DNA of 64,000 nt from Raillietiella orientalis (lineage: Eukaryota). Position numbers and translations under genes: made by a program. The DNA lies in contig JAYWIR010000004.1 of the NCBI GenBank assembly GCA_036172245.1, forward strand, positions 5,146,001 through 5,210,000, read 5' to 3'. Shown here piece after piece: positions 49,801-64,000 of this stretch (within the stretch, counting starts at the first letter, position 1; each line of letters begins with the position of its first letter). A model generated the notes under the pieces. The model was not told the DNA's origin. It searched no databases and saw only the letters and a list, made by a program, of their open reading frames with translations.

Positions 49801-52800
49801 TATAGGACATAAACAGCAATGCAAAAAAGGATTAGACTGCAAAAACTATGGAATGACTTGTACTAAATGACGATGGGGATCTGGATGGAGATCTTAGATG
49901 ATGAAAGCTTTCAAATAGAAAAGGATGGCATTTGAACACCTGGCAGTTGTCAAACACTGAACAGAACCGCCAGAATAGCGAATTTCTAAATTCAAATAAA
50001 TTAATTTCTATAGCTTATTATCATAGAAGAAAACTTTGGTGAGTCAAGAATGCTTCAAGTACAGAATGGCATCATTCCGATAATCGTGACCACTGACATT
50101 GAACTGTCCCATTCAGCGATATTTCCGTATTTTCTAATCTACTGTCATCATAACAAGAAAGACGACTTTAATTTTCTCGCTAAGAAATCACTAGTCAAAT
50201 TTTCCACGGAAAATAAGGGAAAACTACAGATGAGACCGAAAGATAAAAACCAACCTTTATAAAATCTAATAAAATCATCCAAAAGTCTGAGATGTATGTT
50301 GGAATATGGAGAGCAACTTTCGGCATAACTACTTAAAATTTCAAAAAAAAAAAAAAAAAAACCTACAACGAAATTAGAAAACAGTCATCATTAACCTTTT
50401 AGCTCGGCCATCTGCCTATGGAATTTGCGAAAAAAGCTTTTATAACGCCTTTCACCATGCAGACCAACGAGAAGGAGAATAAACCTTCATCCTAATTTCA
50501 TCCCAATGGGTCGTTCAGATTTCGGTCTGAGCGCAGTCGGAAACGATCTCAAATCAGAGGGAACGAGGGAATTCCAAGTTTAAAGTTTAAAAACAAACTT
50601 CACGTTAAAGTAATTAATATAAACAATCGTGAGGGGAAAAAAAGAAGGAAAATAAACTGGATGGTAAGGTAATGCGTTCAAAGAGAAGATAACCGAAGTT
50701 TGTGCTGAGCTCGTTTTCTACTAGTCCGTTTCCTTCTTCAACAGACGGAACGAAAAGAATTCATTTCGTGACGAATGAAATGTACACCACCGCTGCTTGC
50801 GCAGGAAAGCAACGAAAGGCAAACAAGGAAATCAGAGGAAAGTCCTCTTCCTCTGCCGGAAGCTCGTACAAGTTTGTACAGGGAATTTAGCCTCGGAGTT
50901 CATGCTAGACTACACTTCGAAGAAAAAGCTTTTATTATTATTATTAGTAGTAGTAGTAGTAACATTCAAATCTGCAGAGCTGCTCATTAACTCTCCCAAG
51001 TGTTTTGCGATTAATGAGGTTGGATAGCACGTACGGGAATGAGTCCATAGCACAAAAGATTCCAATCCCGCGTGAGTGAAGCTGCAGTAATGTCGGTGGC
51101 TGTTTTTGATTTTTTTTTTTTTTTGCTTCTTCTTCAAAGCGCTCGTAGGAGTGTAATGGACGAATGTGTCCGAGTTTGTGTGCAGAGACGGAGGAAACTG
51201 CGTACGAAGTGAATCGAATGTTTTTTGTATGGAATACGAGATAAAGGTGGTACTGCGAAACGCAGATCCTTGAAACGCAATTTCAGAAATTTTTGAAATG
51301 TGTATTCCGTGTATCAAGAATATGCTTGACAGACTGACAAAGGGCAATGAAGGAAACGTGTGTGCACAGGAGAATGTGGCCAAGGAAGACTTGTCAATTT
51401 TAGGTTCTTACATTTTCTGCTATAAAATTTCGGTCGAAATTAAAACTGAATTCATGACAGAAACTGGTAGCATCCGTATTTAGAAATAAAATTCTGAAAT
51501 TTGTATATTCGTGCTTTGAAATTATTTATATGGCAATAAAAAGCAATCTTTTATCCCTTACATACCTGGAGAAAGTATCTGTAAGTTCTTTCTCAGAAAC
51601 GGTGGATCCTAGATTAGCTACAAAAAGAGTAGAACATGGAGGATTGGATGCTGAGTTATTTATAGATGTTAGGATATTCGAAGGTAAATGAAAATTAGGT
51701 GGTAAAGCTGCTTGCAGAGATGCAATGTTACTTCCAATAGGGGATAAGCCTAAAGGAGGCTAAAAAATACAAGCACATTATTTGTTCGATTCATTAATCA
51801 CGTTTAAAATAACAAACATTGCAAAAAAATTGTATGTCAGAATCCCAGCACATTGCCAATCAGAATCATACGGAAAACGCAAACTGTCGGGCTAAATATC
51901 GGGAGAAAGGATCGCGTAGTAGAGCTACAACCGGGTTCACAATCCGTCTCCATTTACGATCACTTTCTTTTCGCGTATGTTCATCCGTCATATACGTGGC
52001 TGCCTTCGAGGTCGTCGAACAATTCCGAAGTAATGAGGGAACGATCGGTAGATCAGAACGCCTTGAATAATTAAACGAGGTTTTCCTTGGGAACCGTGGA
52101 GCTTCCTCTCAAGTGCACCACATCTTTGTGAAATTTTTCATGTGCTGGGGGCATTTCCCTCTTACTGAAATAAGCTGAGCAGAGTTGCTTCATTACTGTT
52201 TCGGGGTCGGTCCACTTTGAGACATGCAACGATATTCAGGGTGAAACCTAATGGACACTTCTGCATGGACTTCTGAAAGTCAAAATTTTCGGATTCGTGC
52301 ACCTAACGCTTAAATCATTCTTCCTTCATCAGTCGACTGTTGATTCCTGTGAATCCAGTTTAGAATAGAGGTAGCGTTAGCAAAGTATATTTTCGATATG
52401 TATCTAAACAGATACGTTGAAAGTTATGATGGATCCCGATGAAATGCTTCTGACCGACTTGGAAACTTTGTCTCATGCGCTCTCATGACACGATGGAAAA
52501 ACTTGCGAGCCGAAGGAAATGATTCCAGGAAATACGTTAGTAAATTGGAGTTCCGTCCCGATTTTCCCCCTAAGCAAAAGCAATACTTAATCACTCAAGG
52601 ATTCGTTGTATTCTCAAACGTTCACTCTGGCAGTGCAGTAATTATGCTTTCGAACGATTATGAGGTCTTCTTCTAGATGGCACTCTAAAACATTTTGCGT
52701 GCAAGCTCCAAGTCGGTGCCAGTCGAATTAAACAAGTGCCATCGGACTTGTCAATAGCCGTGTTCTAAATTAGAATTAACTTCTTCGTAGTACCGTCGAA

Positions 52801-55800
52801 TTCAACTTGATTTATTCAAAAGAGAGAGAGAGAGAGAAAAGAAGGCACAAAGATTTAGCTGCATTTTCAATTATTTTAGTTTCCTCTTGCGAGTACAAAC
52901 CCATAGTCTGAAGTGGGAAATGAATCTTTGCTACAGTGATGTCTCTGAATTTCTTGCCGTTCTTTTGGATTACTGACTGTTTTTTACGTTTTCATTTGGT
53001 AAATATACTTTTATCATCATCTCCTTTAGATGAATAAACTCTAAATGGTCTGCATCCATTCTTACGTTTACGATTACTGCTTTTTGTTTTCTGCTTTTAA
53101 GGTTTACAAATACCAATCATAAAAAATCTGCTTTTCATCTCGCCTCCACAAACATTTTCCAAGCGCAAAATATTTAGATGTTTTGAGTTTTAGAGTACAA
53201 GAAAAGAAAGAAACTTTGAAGCTCTGGGCAGTGCTTGATGCTCCTAAGATTCCCAACGTTCACCTTTCCTGTCGTATCATATGCTGAAGACTTTCATGAT
53301 GGTCTGATTGCATTTCATTGCTTTAACCAGTATTTGCGTTTCGTGGTTTTTGATCTTTCCTTTCATACTTCGAACAAAATTTTTGAAATTTTGGGTGTTA
53401 TTCTAGCATCCTTTTCATCCTTCAATGTTTAAATTCAAAGGCTTGAATTTCATTTTGAGTTTGACTCGTTCAAAATTTATCGAAGCAATTTTTGCATCCC
53501 TAGTACAAAGAAGAAAGAAAAAAATTCTCGTGACTTGAAAGGCTAGATACAGCTTTTTGTTCATTTAGATGTATTAATTAGTTGGAATCGCTAATTTGAT
53601 GAGTGTTCGCTCATGGGTTGCATTGAGTGCATGTTCTAATTTCGAATAAGACGGAGCTTTCGATCTCAGTGATTGAAGGATTGAAACTTGTTCAAACAGC
53701 TTTAACAGAGCTATCGCAGATACAACAAATAAAGCACGACATTTGCTCAGTAATGGATGTGCGGAATTTCGAAATCTAAACATCGGGAGATTCTCCAAAA
53801 CATCTTTGGGGCTTCTCAATCACAAATTATGCAGTTTCAAGTTTAATTTTTCAAGATGCCCAAAATAACCACGGATTCATCTAACAAGTTTATAAAAAGT
53901 TTCTTCCTTTTTTTTAAAAAAACATATTCTTTTGGTTCCCATGTGAATCAGTGAATTCATCCGGGATATGGAATTTAGATACCCCACGTGAAACCACTGT
54001 TTAATAGTTAGCCACCTCATTTAGAAAATATCAGTGCGTACAAATAGATGGAATTTGTACAGACGAATAATTTCGCTTTGTTCTCGAAGATTTCTAAAGA
54101 GGAGATTTCTGTCTTTATGTCAACAGTCAGCGGGAAAGGAGAAAAAATCTTTTTCTGAATGGAGGAAGAAAAGTAGTCAAGAAAAGTTTCCGGCAGAGTC
54201 ATTTATATAAAAAACATTGTACAAGACACACCACTGCAAGCATAAATAAAAGATTCAAATAATTATTTTATTACCTGAGCAGCTAAAGCCGGATGGAGCA
54301 AGCCAGGATGTTGCAATGCAGCAGCTGCAGGAATTTCTGCAGCACTGTATGCAAGAGCAGTATGATGAGCCCATACATCAGCTGCACCCGCGAAAAAAGG
54401 TGTCGCAGTAATATCTAAAATACAAAGAGTTCTTTAAATCAGTAGTTCAGTACCAAAAAGCACTGTATCAGTATTCCTAGTTAAGTGTATAATCAGCTAT
54501 GCAACTATAATACTCACTCAGTAATTCAGAATTCTGAGCATTATAAGAAGAAACCCCTGAAATTCAGATGAATTCTGATTGCCAGTAGTCAAAATTAATT
54601 TTAGCTTTAAGAATCAAACGAACAGATTTCTAAAATGCAAGTTTTACGATGGTACAGTATTCACAATAATCCAGGTACTTTTTCTAAGGGATCTTTTCAT
54701 TTAAGTGGTAAGAAAAATGCATAGGAAATATCAAAATGTTCACTTTGATGACGAAACAGTGATAAAAACAAATTCACTCGAAGACTGTATTACAATGATT
54801 AATTGTGGTAATTTTGATGACAGGATGATAGGATTTACTGTGATTGTTGATGACAGCAATAAGGGAATATTTGGAGGTTGTTGTGTCTTGATTGCACTAT
54901 AACAACCCATATCTTACCTTATAAACGAAATTTGGGCTTTCCAATAGTCAATCTCTTAGAAAAAAAAACAAAACAAGTTTCTATCATTGAGATAGACATT
55001 CTTACAAAGTTAACAACATCGAAAAAGAAAGAAAAAAAATCGAACAATCAAAGACGTATAAGAATCTTTAAGGTGACAGAATGAAAAACACGAAATATCG
55101 ATCTCCAGAAACCTCCACAAGTTGTTGAGATCAATGTGGATAAGATGGCAGACATTTGAAATTAAACGTGATGAGCATTAACGAACGAGCATCCTTAATG
55201 GCAAACATCCATGCAAAGTGGCAAGCACAACAAGCACTGTTATGGAGGTGAAGAACCGTGCAGAAGAGAGCATTTCTGCAAATATAATATCATCCTGGGC
55301 CTTAAGTATTTGGTCTCTTATCTTGCTGAGGCTGTTGACTGTTTCCCAGGAAGGATAATATTGCGTTACGAATTTGGTGGTGCATACTTTAATTCACACT
55401 TGACATCGTGTAAATGGTCGACTATTGATGTTTTTCCTGTTTCCTGTGCTTGCAGATGTCCATTTGCTTCCGTGCCCTTCGTATGTTCCAATGCACATTT
55501 TATGAAATTTATAAATTGGTGTTTAACAAATCTTCACGGCGATAATTGAAAATCCAGTAGGAAACCAGAGGTACGTGCGTGGGTGTGTGTGTTTTTGATG
55601 ATCAAGTTTTCTGAATACTGAAAATAACAGTCATCGACAAAAAGAGGACAACGCATGTTTCTCAATGGTTCACTTTTCGTGATTCTTTAGGATCAGTCTT
55701 TTTGGGCGTATGTTAAAAGTTCTTTTGTCATGGATGTTCATGCACCTGTTAGTAGAATCTGATTGTGAGCTAAAAGTCTGAATTTAAAACAAATGAATGT

Positions 55801-58800
55801 TGAATGTATGATGTAACCTTCGTTGGTTTCTGAAATTTTAAATGACAAAAACTATTCCCCAATTGGTTGAGAAATGAGTTTAGAATTATGGGCAATATCA
55901 AAAATAAAGAAAACGAATATCAACATTAATATGCATATCGCTTCGCATAACTTCTCATCATTACAAAATAAACGCAAAGCTATGAATGCAAAATAAATAC
56001 GAAATACATTCTATATCCAAAGTAAAGAAAGGGGTCAATCCCAAGAGGATATTTCGTTGCAATTAATCTTATTTCATACTCCACATTTGCACTTATGCTA
56101 TCTGAATAGCTATTTGGGCTCTAAACGCAAATGACTTATAGTATCTCCACTTGCAAAATTCATGTAAGTAAAAAGAGAATAATGCGATGAGATCATGTAT
56201 TATTTAATGAACATTGTAATTTTCACTTAGATCTCACAAATATCATAAAATATTAAAAATTAGAATTAGTAGCAGCAATAAGTGGTAATTAATGAAAAGT
56301 AATAGAGGTATGAGGTGCAACCTCAGTTTCCAAATGCAGTATTTATTTTTTTTTTTTGCTTTAGCACGACTCCGGATACAGCAAAAATCAAATGAGCATC
56401 ATTCAATATTGTAATTTACAATTTCTAGTGTTTATAAGATGCAGCAAAAAGCAGTTTTTCTTCCATCACAAGCAAAGTTACATCCGATCAATTCCAAGTA
56501 AAAATTAAATGCTTCCGAATTCCATACTAATTTTTACTTGGTTTATCGATGTTCCTGGCATGCTCAAATCATGGGTCACCGAATCATGTGATTACCAAGA
56601 TTAAGACAGCCACAGTATCTTGCCACAAAGTTGGAAGAGAAAATGTGAAATACCCTTTTGAAGAAGCATTAGAGCCCTAAATTGTGCAAACATGTTAGGT
56701 AACATATTAAGCAAGCAGAACGCAAGCTTACTGAGTGCAAGCATAATTCACCAGTGGTTGGTGCATTAGACTACTTACGTCCAGTGAATGGGTGCAGAAG
56801 TGTGGGGTGAGAAGTGATAGCCTGGGGTGATGGCTGCTTGGGCTTGGTGACCTTGGTGTTACTCTTTGCAAATTCTAATCGAATTGTCTGAGGCATATCA
56901 GGGTCAAAGCGCACTCCCTGAAAAGTCAACTCAAAGGATTTGAATACATTAATAAGCATGTTCAAAGGATCGAGGGTATCCCAGTCCTGTAGGATAGAGC
57001 TGTTTCATCATCGTAGCAAGCCAAATTGGGCGGATGGTAAAAATAAAGAATAGGTTCAGGAGCTATGATTTCCCTTGCGTGTAAACGATTCTGCATTCCA
57101 TACACTATTTCCATTATAATGAACTGAATTTTCACTATAGTAGATATTTCTAAATGCATCGATAATTTCTAAACCGTTACGCGCATTCACTTTCAGAGGC
57201 AATACTTCTCTTTATAGTAAACATCACATCGCAACAAAAAAAAGTTCTAATCAAAAAAATTACGCGTATACGTGTAAACGTGTATGCATATTCCTATCTA
57301 GGCAAAACGTTCGCAAATGAATATATATGGAGAAATATATTAGTAGGTTCTTGAATTGGCGTTTAAGATGATCCTTCGTTTCGTTTATATCAATTTCCAC
57401 GGGTGATTCGTCCCAAAGATCACTATAACAAATGCTTTATTATTATTTATGGGCTAGCAACAAGTAATCAAATCCGTAAGTACGTCTGCTTGAAAGGATT
57501 CTTACGTGGCAGGGATAAAACATTGCATTCTAATAATGCGATGTAATTCTGAATTTTTTGTCGAGCAATACTTCTAAATTTTGTATAGGAAGCCATTGAA
57601 GAAAGAAAACTAATACAATCTTGAAAATCTGCTAAAAGAAGAGAAGTCCTAAAAAGATGAGATTGAAAATCAACTAGGAAGCTTGAATTATTCTTGACCA
57701 TTAAGAGGGGGAGGTAATTGAAGTCGGCAAGCAGACAAACTTCTTTGGTATCAGCAAGGATTGCAAATATTCTTTGCAGAAATACGTTTTTGATACATTT
57801 AATGACTTAGAAATTCGCTTGTGAATATCTTGTGAATAAGCCGAGTACTTTGCACAAATAAAACAAGGACAAGATGGGCAGGATTTTGCGATGGTTTGAA
57901 ATAAGAGCAGGACATTCGTTTCAATGAAAAGCCAGAATATGTTCTGAGGAGTCATGGGTGCCTCACCTTGGAACAGAAGAACTTTTAGCATTTAACCTTG
58001 ACCTTAACCGTTAAGTGCAGATATATTCCCAACATTTGTCATTCGATCACTTCATTATAACAACTGAAATATTAGTAGCGAAATGAGTATCGGAATTTAC
58101 AGTTAGCGTTTTGTGCATCCCTCAAGGAGCGCGAATGATCTCTGCTAAAAAAAAATATTGACCCACTCGAGAACCATCGCAATCATTTTGGTGATGCAGT
58201 TGCTGAGGATTTCAGCACTGCAACTGAAGCTCGGAAGATGATTTCTTGATTACATAATTATAATAATTGCTGAATCTTAAATCAAAACGAGTGCTAATTA
58301 AATGTTCTCTATCGTTAAGAACATGTTAAATTGCTATTTTCATGTGTGTGTGTGCGCGCGCGCGCCGCTTCCAGAGATGAAAGAAATTGAATTTTTTAAA
58401 ATCTACGAAAGTTTTATACATTAATTAATTAATCCCCTGTTGAACTAGGAGTTTATGCAAGATGATTTTTTCGATTCACTTTGTTGGATCGGTTATTAAA
58501 ACTATGAGACTAATATTCCTTACACAGTCATTTTTCTCTATCTAACATTAGAACAGTGTTTGTTTCCAGAAATTCAACTCTCACTATAGAGGAGGAATTA
58601 TGCTCATAATTTCTAAAATAGGAATCGTCTATCTAAGAAAATGGGTTTATATTGCAAAAAACGGATGAAGTTAAAAAGTTGATAAGAAGTTAATAAGAAA
58701 ATATGGATAAGTTGGAATTGACTCGAGCATTTGCACATTTCATGACAACAGGAAAGTATTGTTTTACAAAGAAATACTTGATGAATGTGATGTTGGCTGC

Positions 58801-61800
58801 ACAGTTGGTGTGACTGATTCAGTTGAATCTCTGAATGTGATTCGTCCCATACAATAACAGATGACAAAGAACGGCATCAATTGAAATATAAATGCAAGCT
58901 TTCAACTAACATATTGAGGATTTTAGTGGTTAGCAATCCCTGAGAACCATATTGATTATAGCATCATCTTGCATCTCAACTCCCAAGATCTTGTTATATG
59001 GAAGTTGCAATATTAGGTGCTTTCGAATTTCAATTAACAAATATTAAGAATTGAAAATTAAGAACGTATCTTGGGATAGGTTTCCAAGTACTCTTCTTCC
59101 CTTGAGAGCAAAATACACGCGAGAGCAACGTCGAATGAAACCGAAATGCGCCCGCCCCCCAACCCCCAGAGCTCCTTAGTGTTTGGTTTAGTGACCAACA
59201 GTCGGTAGCAGACAGAGATTTTGTGAATGCACCCTAATGAGCAGACATACCTGGAAGTGGAAGGAGAGCATTATTTCATTCTACATGGGAATTGCGTAGC
59301 ATACAAACCTGTAAATCTTGTTTTGCTGCTTCAGCTTCATTTCTGCTTGAAAAAGTAACAAATCCAACAGGCTTTCATGAAACAAAACAAAAAATGCTTT
59401 CAAACAAAATTCACTGAGCACGGTAATTTGTTACATATTCTCTGAAAGCATTTAGACAAGAATATGTAAAAGAAAGCGCAGGGAAAATCGGTTAATAAAA
59501 TGATCAAGCCTTGTAAACATTCACAAAGAAAATAGACATGACATACTGATAAGATAAAACACAAATACAACTGAAGCGGTAACTAAAGACTTGTTAAGGA
59601 ATAATACATTTATTTCCGGAAGAAAAAATATTTCATTTCAGTAAGCGCTTCAGCAAATACATAATTTGCAAATTTTCTTAGCAAATGTAAATTCGTAAGC
59701 CAAGTGCACATTACAATAGAAAACTATATAAATGTTCGAAATACTTGTTCTCTTACTTCTCCGCACTAATATGTGGAAGTAAAAAAAAAATGCTTAAAAT
59801 TAAAAATATCGTGAGTTATTTAACTGCCGAATATTTTCGTGTTAAGCTAAACGCACTGAATTTACAAGCAACTCTTAGGAAGAGCACGAATGATGTACTT
59901 TGAAGGTATGTAATGAAAAGTTCGTTTTCCTCTGTACATGTATTCAGACACACAAGAAAGTCCGCTTTCTCATTTGCCTTGCGAACTTGTGAGCCAAGCA
60001 TAAAGAGAAAGCATTACATAAGAACTAATAACAGCAATCTAACTGTGCATTCAGTATCTATGATCATATAGTATTAATGTATAGAGTTAAAAAAATCCTT
60101 TTACCGATGCCGTCTTCCCATTTTTGCTTGTAATTTTCAGAAGTGACCCTTCGTAACCCTGCAAGTACAAACACAAACAATTGACTCTGCATTCAGTTTC
60201 CATGAAGCAGCAATGAATCAACAGCAACACATCAGAATTAATAGATCTAAATCAAAGCCAAAGTATTTTTCATGCATGTATGGATTATATGCTGCAAATG
60301 AAATTTGCTGAAGAATTTTGGGCGCAAAATTCATTCGGGAAATAAATTCGAAATTTCTGGATTTGGTTTTAAACATAATACATCATTACATAAACTGACT
60401 GAGCTTTAGAGCTATGTCTACTTTATAAGTTTTAAAAAAGAACTGCGTTCCACATTCGAGTATCTCAAAAAAAAAAAAAAAAAAAAAAACAAGAAAGAAA
60501 ATGGAGTATTAATAAAAAAAAATCTCCATTTTAAAGTATCCTTAGTTTTAGAGAATAACAAACTAATGACTTGATTATGATGAAGCCGAGCAATCAAACA
60601 TTAAAAATGTGGATAAGAAAGTACTTTGAAAGCACTTTTTTATAGAGAAAACAAATTAGAGCGAGAAAAATTCTTTGCTCAATAGTAGAACGATCTCAGT
60701 CCAGACAGAGGTCAATGCGTCTTAGCCTTTTATGTAATGCATTTACACAGGTCAGGTTTGATTTCAAAATAGAATTTTTCACTGGTGGGAAAGGAAGCCT
60801 TTATAGAAATCATCATCATTTAATCTCAGCTTTTTCTACGGTTGAAATATAGTCACATCTCTTTATTAAGAGTGAATTCCAGGTCTTTATTGTCAGGTGA
60901 GTCATCATTCCCATTTTATAGCGAATGATATACTTATTTCTCGTCTAAAAAAAGATTAAATTTTTTTCTCCAAAACTACGAACTACTATTTTCCATTTTT
61001 CGTGCCCTTTTCCATTCTACATGAAATAGTAACCACAAGGTCGATGTGAACATTTTTCACACAGTGTGATATCATTTCGGCCGTGAAAGTATTATTCTTT
61101 TAGGAATGGTAATTGATTTTTCTTGTAACATTGCGAAAGGCAATTCCCTATTGAGAATTTTAGATTTTCCTCAATATGTGAAATTCCAGCAAAATTGTTT
61201 TGAGAAATTCATCCAATGGATCCCGAATTCTCAGAATCCATTGATTCCTGTATCAAATGCTTCTATCCAAAAGTTTGCTCATCTAATGTATTGAAATCGT
61301 TGCATATTTTTACTACTATTCATTAATATTTATTACAGGATTCTTCTTTCGGGAGGAGAGGGAGCGGAAATATCTTTATTTTTTATAAATCTAAACGTAT
61401 TCCTCATTTATTTTAAAATTATGAAGTTCATTATTTCAGATTTCTTCTCATTTTGCAGATCATGATAATCGCGATGCCCAAAGGGTTTATAATCTCGATG
61501 GCTTAAAATCAAAATCTTCCCGATTTTTGGGAGAAGCGTACTCGACAGGAATTCATCCTCATACACGTAATCCTATCCAATGAAACTTCATGATATACTT
61601 TAGACATTTGCTCTGTTTTGAGTGCTCTCCAGGTTTGGAAGCTTTAAAAGTCATGTACAGATACATGGATCTTGTATACTCAATTAAAAACGTGTATTTT
61701 TGATAAATTTTTGATTTCAAATATCTTTTTAGTAAAACACAACACCATGCTTTTCTGCAAATAATTTCTTACTAAATGATCTCAACGTAATAAATCAGGG

Positions 61801-63468
61801 AATCGTGCCCTTTATTTTTTGCACTTAGACATTAATTCTAAACTCTCGAGAGAATCACTTTCCTTTATGGGATCATTACTTTTACGTATTTCATACCGTG
61901 CATAGTATTAATACGCGTGTCAATAAATTGACACGCGTATTAATTAATTTATTTTATTTTATTTTATTTTAATTATTTTGTTTGTCAGTTTTCAAATGAA
62001 AATAATTAAAATTTCCAGGACATAAAGGTTATTGCGACATGTTTTTCCATTTACATCATTTTGGACAACGCTTTTCAGTTTTTGAATTTAGGAAGTAAGA
62101 TTATCATTCTATAAACTTCCTTCCTTTAATAATGTACCAAATTCATGCTCAGACCTCGAAAAAAATATCTGAGCTCATAAGCGCGAGATACCAATGTAGT
62201 TAATCAGTTTCTCGAATAGTTTATTGCTTACAAAGAAGATAGTGTCGAACCCCAATAGGATGCTTAAATCGTGGTGTTTATTTAGAAAGGGGTTATTTAA
62301 TTTAGATAACCAAATAACCTGCCATCTTATTCCAGTGATTGTAAAAACTCTAATCTTCCATGAATGTGCTACATAATATGAAGAAAGAAACGAATGATTC
62401 AGGGAATTGTCATGATTCACTTCTTTCGTGAATTCCACTAATCATTATTTTGATAGCGAGTAAGATCTAAGATCATGGCAACTCATCAACCGAGACTTTA
62501 CCGAACCATTCTCAATTCAACGTTGCAACATGGCAAACGGAGCACTTGCACACCTGTATGAATCCAATTTTTTTCTTCTTTTTTTTCAATATCAAAACGG
62601 CAAACTTTTGCATTACAAACTATCATTAAAATGAGAAAAATCATCAAAAAGCAATTCCAACAAACATAAAATTGTGATTTTTAAGAAAACAGAAGAGAAG
62701 TTTCAGCTCTGGAATCTCATACGATAAAATATTCAAGTTCGCAAATTCTATGCCCTCTAACTTCAGCGTTGGGCAAAGTGTGGAACAAGATCGTATAGTA
62801 ACAAATTTCGAATATGATGTGGGAAAAAATTTTTTTTTTTATTCCTTCATAGTTTAAATGGAAACAAACATATTCAGACTCTATAAAAAAGACAGGAAAA
62901 CATTTGGTAAAGTGAAGAAACAATTGTTTGCGTCTTCATTCTATTAAAGTCTGTTTTTAAATATAAATGTTTTATAAATTCGTCTTTTAGTGAGTAAAAA
63001 CAAGAAAAACATTAGGACACACTTCATCATCTATCCAAATCAGCTAGAATCAAAAGTTAATAAGATAATGTAAGATTTAGATATTTACAGCTAGGTCTAA
63101 ATCGTTTTGAACGTTCGCATCAGCGGTCCATATAAGATTTCGGTTAAATTTCCAGTCAAAATACACTAATTATTTAGAAGACTTCAGAAAATTGTCTCAG
63201 ATCAATACACAGTTCTTTATATAGTTCATATATTCAGAAAGTTCCAAGTTTAGAAGATCCATTTCCAAAGATTATTAATTTCTAAATAATGTTTTGAACA
63301 AAGCGATTTCTCAGGACTGTAACCAAATGTACACTACACTCTCACACACACAAATTCCTTATATAATAGAAATTAATGCTAGTTGCTTACTCCATATGCT
63401 CTAAACAATAAATACAGTTCTCTGGGCTTTGCGTCCATAGGCAGTCCGCTGACAAACAGAGTGCGTAC
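46805..63468 (-). CDS. cpo: Couch potato / MEC-8 / RBPMS-family two-RRM RNA-binding protein, partial; exons 63468-63391, 60158-60105, 59371-59309, 56917-56779, 54414-54275, 51759-51566, 46986-46805
   Basis: RRM1: [88 protein letters not shown]. RRM2: PPCSTLFVANLG...FSSFLGFVRLRMHNKGGSVCAFVEFQD...LQGYILESSDRGGIRIEYAKTKM. All junctions are GT-AG and phase-consistent. The first exon lies beyond the window; the last exon (probably ~45.3-46.3 kb) was not resolved. Confidence 0.95.
52203..52274. repeat. 72-bp dispersed direct repeat, copy 2 (in cpo intron)
   Basis: ggggtcggtccactttgaga..tgcaacgatattcagggtgaaacctaatggacacttctgcatggacttct is shared with 46346-46417. Confidence 0.9.
61907..61944. repeat. 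Perfect 18-bp inverted repeat with 2-nt spacer, in cpo intron
   Basis: attaatacgcgtgtcaat-aa-attgacacgcgtattaat. Confidence 0.95.
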
Positions 63469-64000
63469 CTAAAAATCAGGAAATATGTTTTAATGCAAGT
63501 TATGCACCTCAATGTTCATTTTAAAACATTAATACACAAGAAAATGTATTTAGCACATTTGATGGCACTTCCATAAAGACTATGAGGAAAATGTTGGAAT
63601 CTAATGGAACTTTTTCGCTTATTCGCCTTATTACGAGACTTCCTGATTTGATGATGCATCGCAGCAGCAGACATCTAGAAATCTAGAATATTTATAGCAT
63701 ACACATTTTTGTGCAAATATGGTCAAATAATTTTTACATTGAAAGCTTCATTCCTCGATATCTTACTTGCGAAGTAGAAAATTATTTTGGGGAACAAATA
63801 CATAGGAAATGACATTTCTTAAAATTGAAACGCTGACATTAATTTTGCATAGTTCACTGGGTTTTAGATAATGCTATACCATCTATGTGTAAGTCGCAAC
63901 AAAAATTTACCCTTGAATTATTTACAACATTGTTATTGTTGACATTATTATAAGGAATTTTGGAATAATGAATTTGAAATTATGTATCTATAAGAATAGT

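Noticed and set aside
1..64000. rRNA/tRNA genes or a larger bacterial operon (other virB genes)
   Set aside because: None recognised; bacterial-like sequence is confined to ~21472-21785.

Overview
Eukaryotic (invertebrate, arthropod-like judging by the Couch potato sequence) genomic DNA with a strong compositional mosaic. About 1-27 kb and 36.4-45 kb are GC-rich and consist largely of decayed non-LTR retrotransposons (at least five copies of one L1/Tx1-like family sharing a 3' AATAAA+stem-loop end), MITE-like elements and a hAT transposase relic. About 27.5-36 kb and 45-64 kb are AT-rich and hold three conserved spliced genes: ribulose-phosphate 3-epimerase (+), a NEMP/TMEM194 nuclear-envelope protein (-, convergent with RPE) and a two-RRM couch potato/mec-8/RBPMS gene (-, 5' end outside the window). 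The GC-rich part also carries two paralogous two-exon genes for small secreted 4-cysteine Kazal-type inhibitors with a shared C-terminal tail, and a probable CCDC13-like last exon. The most notable feature is a ~315-bp AT-rich island at 21.47-21.79 kb that is a frameshifted Wolbachia/Anaplasmataceae-type virB2 (T4SS pilin) gene with its bacterial upstream region, i.e. an apparent endosymbiont-to-host lateral transfer next to a Kazal gene. All family assignments come from motifs recognised by eye; no searches were run. Most long ORFs in the ORF track are spurious products of GC-rich repeat DNA.
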